Positions 41,256 to 41,414 of a stretch of DNA of 41,414 bases are shown here, piece by piece. The position numbers and the translations under genes were made by a program. The first letter of the stretch is position 1. Each line of letters begins with the position of its first letter. This DNA is from an uncultured bacterium (GTDB taxonomy: Bacteria; Patescibacteriota; Saccharimonadia; CAILAD01; BJGX01), in the NCBI GenBank assembly GCA_903832035.1, contig CAILAD010000012.1:1-41414 (forward strand), in the 5' to 3' direction. The notes beneath the pieces were generated by a model that was not told the DNA's origin, made no database searches, and worked only from the letters and a program-made list of their open reading frames with translations.

Positions 41256-41414
41256 AACTGCTCTAACTGATTCACCCAGCTTTCGATTATAGTGAAGCTA
41301 CTCTGCCAAAAATCAGCGCTAGTCATATCTACACCTACCATGGCTAGTATTTTGGCCGGTTCTTCTGACCCGCCCGCAGAAAGGATCTGCTGTAGCTTAG
41401 GTATGAACACCTCA
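41252..41414 (-). CDS. C-terminal fragment of an unidentified protein; enters from the right edge
   Basis: My translation of the open frame is ...EVFIPKLQQILSAGGSEEPAKILAMVGVDMTSADFWQSSFTIIESWVNQLEQL*. It is ATGA-coupled to the HAD-like gene. Confidence 0.4.
   Translation of the reverse strand, partial: EVFIPKLQQILSAGGSEEPAKILAMVGVDMTSADFWQSSFTIIESWVNQLEQL

Noticed and set aside
1-41414. Classical mobile-element hallmarks around the orphan cassettes, and UGA recoding.
   Set aside because: I saw no integrase, transposase, recombinase, tRNA attachment site or long flanking repeats. Confident genes, such as polA, terminate at TGA where expected, so the standard genetic code applies.

Overview
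This is a densely coding 41.4-kb bacterial window with about 50 CDS and standard stop codons. Typical genes sit at roughly 42-48% G+C by my hand counts of 60-nt lines. I found no rRNA, tRNA, CRISPR array, integrase or transposase.

Backbone (housekeeping): rodZ-like (partial), ftsK, an MsbA-type ABC exporter, RNase J, a family-4-like UDG, a pnp-rpsO-truB-DHH string, a P-loop kinase, a TrmB-type regulator, rpsT, holA, mutM, polA, dnaG-rpoD, a MurE-like ligase lacking domain 1, trhO, pyrH, dus, an LCP wall-polymer ligase, msrA/msrB, an FMN reductase and several HAD hydrolases. Short enzymes, monoderm-type wall genes and many low-complexity tails suggest a small-genome monoderm lineage, possibly CPR/Saccharibacteria-like. 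That is inference only.

Best candidate for something undescribed: the 14.7-18.5 kb stretch around mutM. Five self-contained cassettes sit there. Each has a near-consensus -35/-10 promoter, a leader, a strong SD and a GC hairpin terminator, and their G+C is elevated (53-60% in sampled lines). They encode only orphans:
- two small membrane proteins;
- a 49-aa hydrophobic peptide abutting a minimal Fic-fold protein with a degenerate motif (HPFKDGNGRVGW);
- two ATGA-coupled 2-TM proteins, one carrying an SQYREN match to the Fic inhibitory-helix motif;
- a 196-aa orphan with foreign codon usage.

This contrasts with about 19 native genes whose -10 box lies only 6-9 nt before the ATG with no SD, which suggests leaderless transcripts.

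Other points worth a second look:
- DnaG has all four zinc-ribbon ligands substituted.
- RNase J carries a 150-aa RGG-type N-terminal extension.
- An AT-rich convergent pair encodes a HAD-fusion protein and a sulfotransferase-like protein next to a P/Q-rich surface protein.
- There is a stand-alone RpoA alpha-CTD-like protein.
- There is a DHH protein with degenerate catalytic motifs.

All functional calls come from motif recognition by eye. No database search was run.
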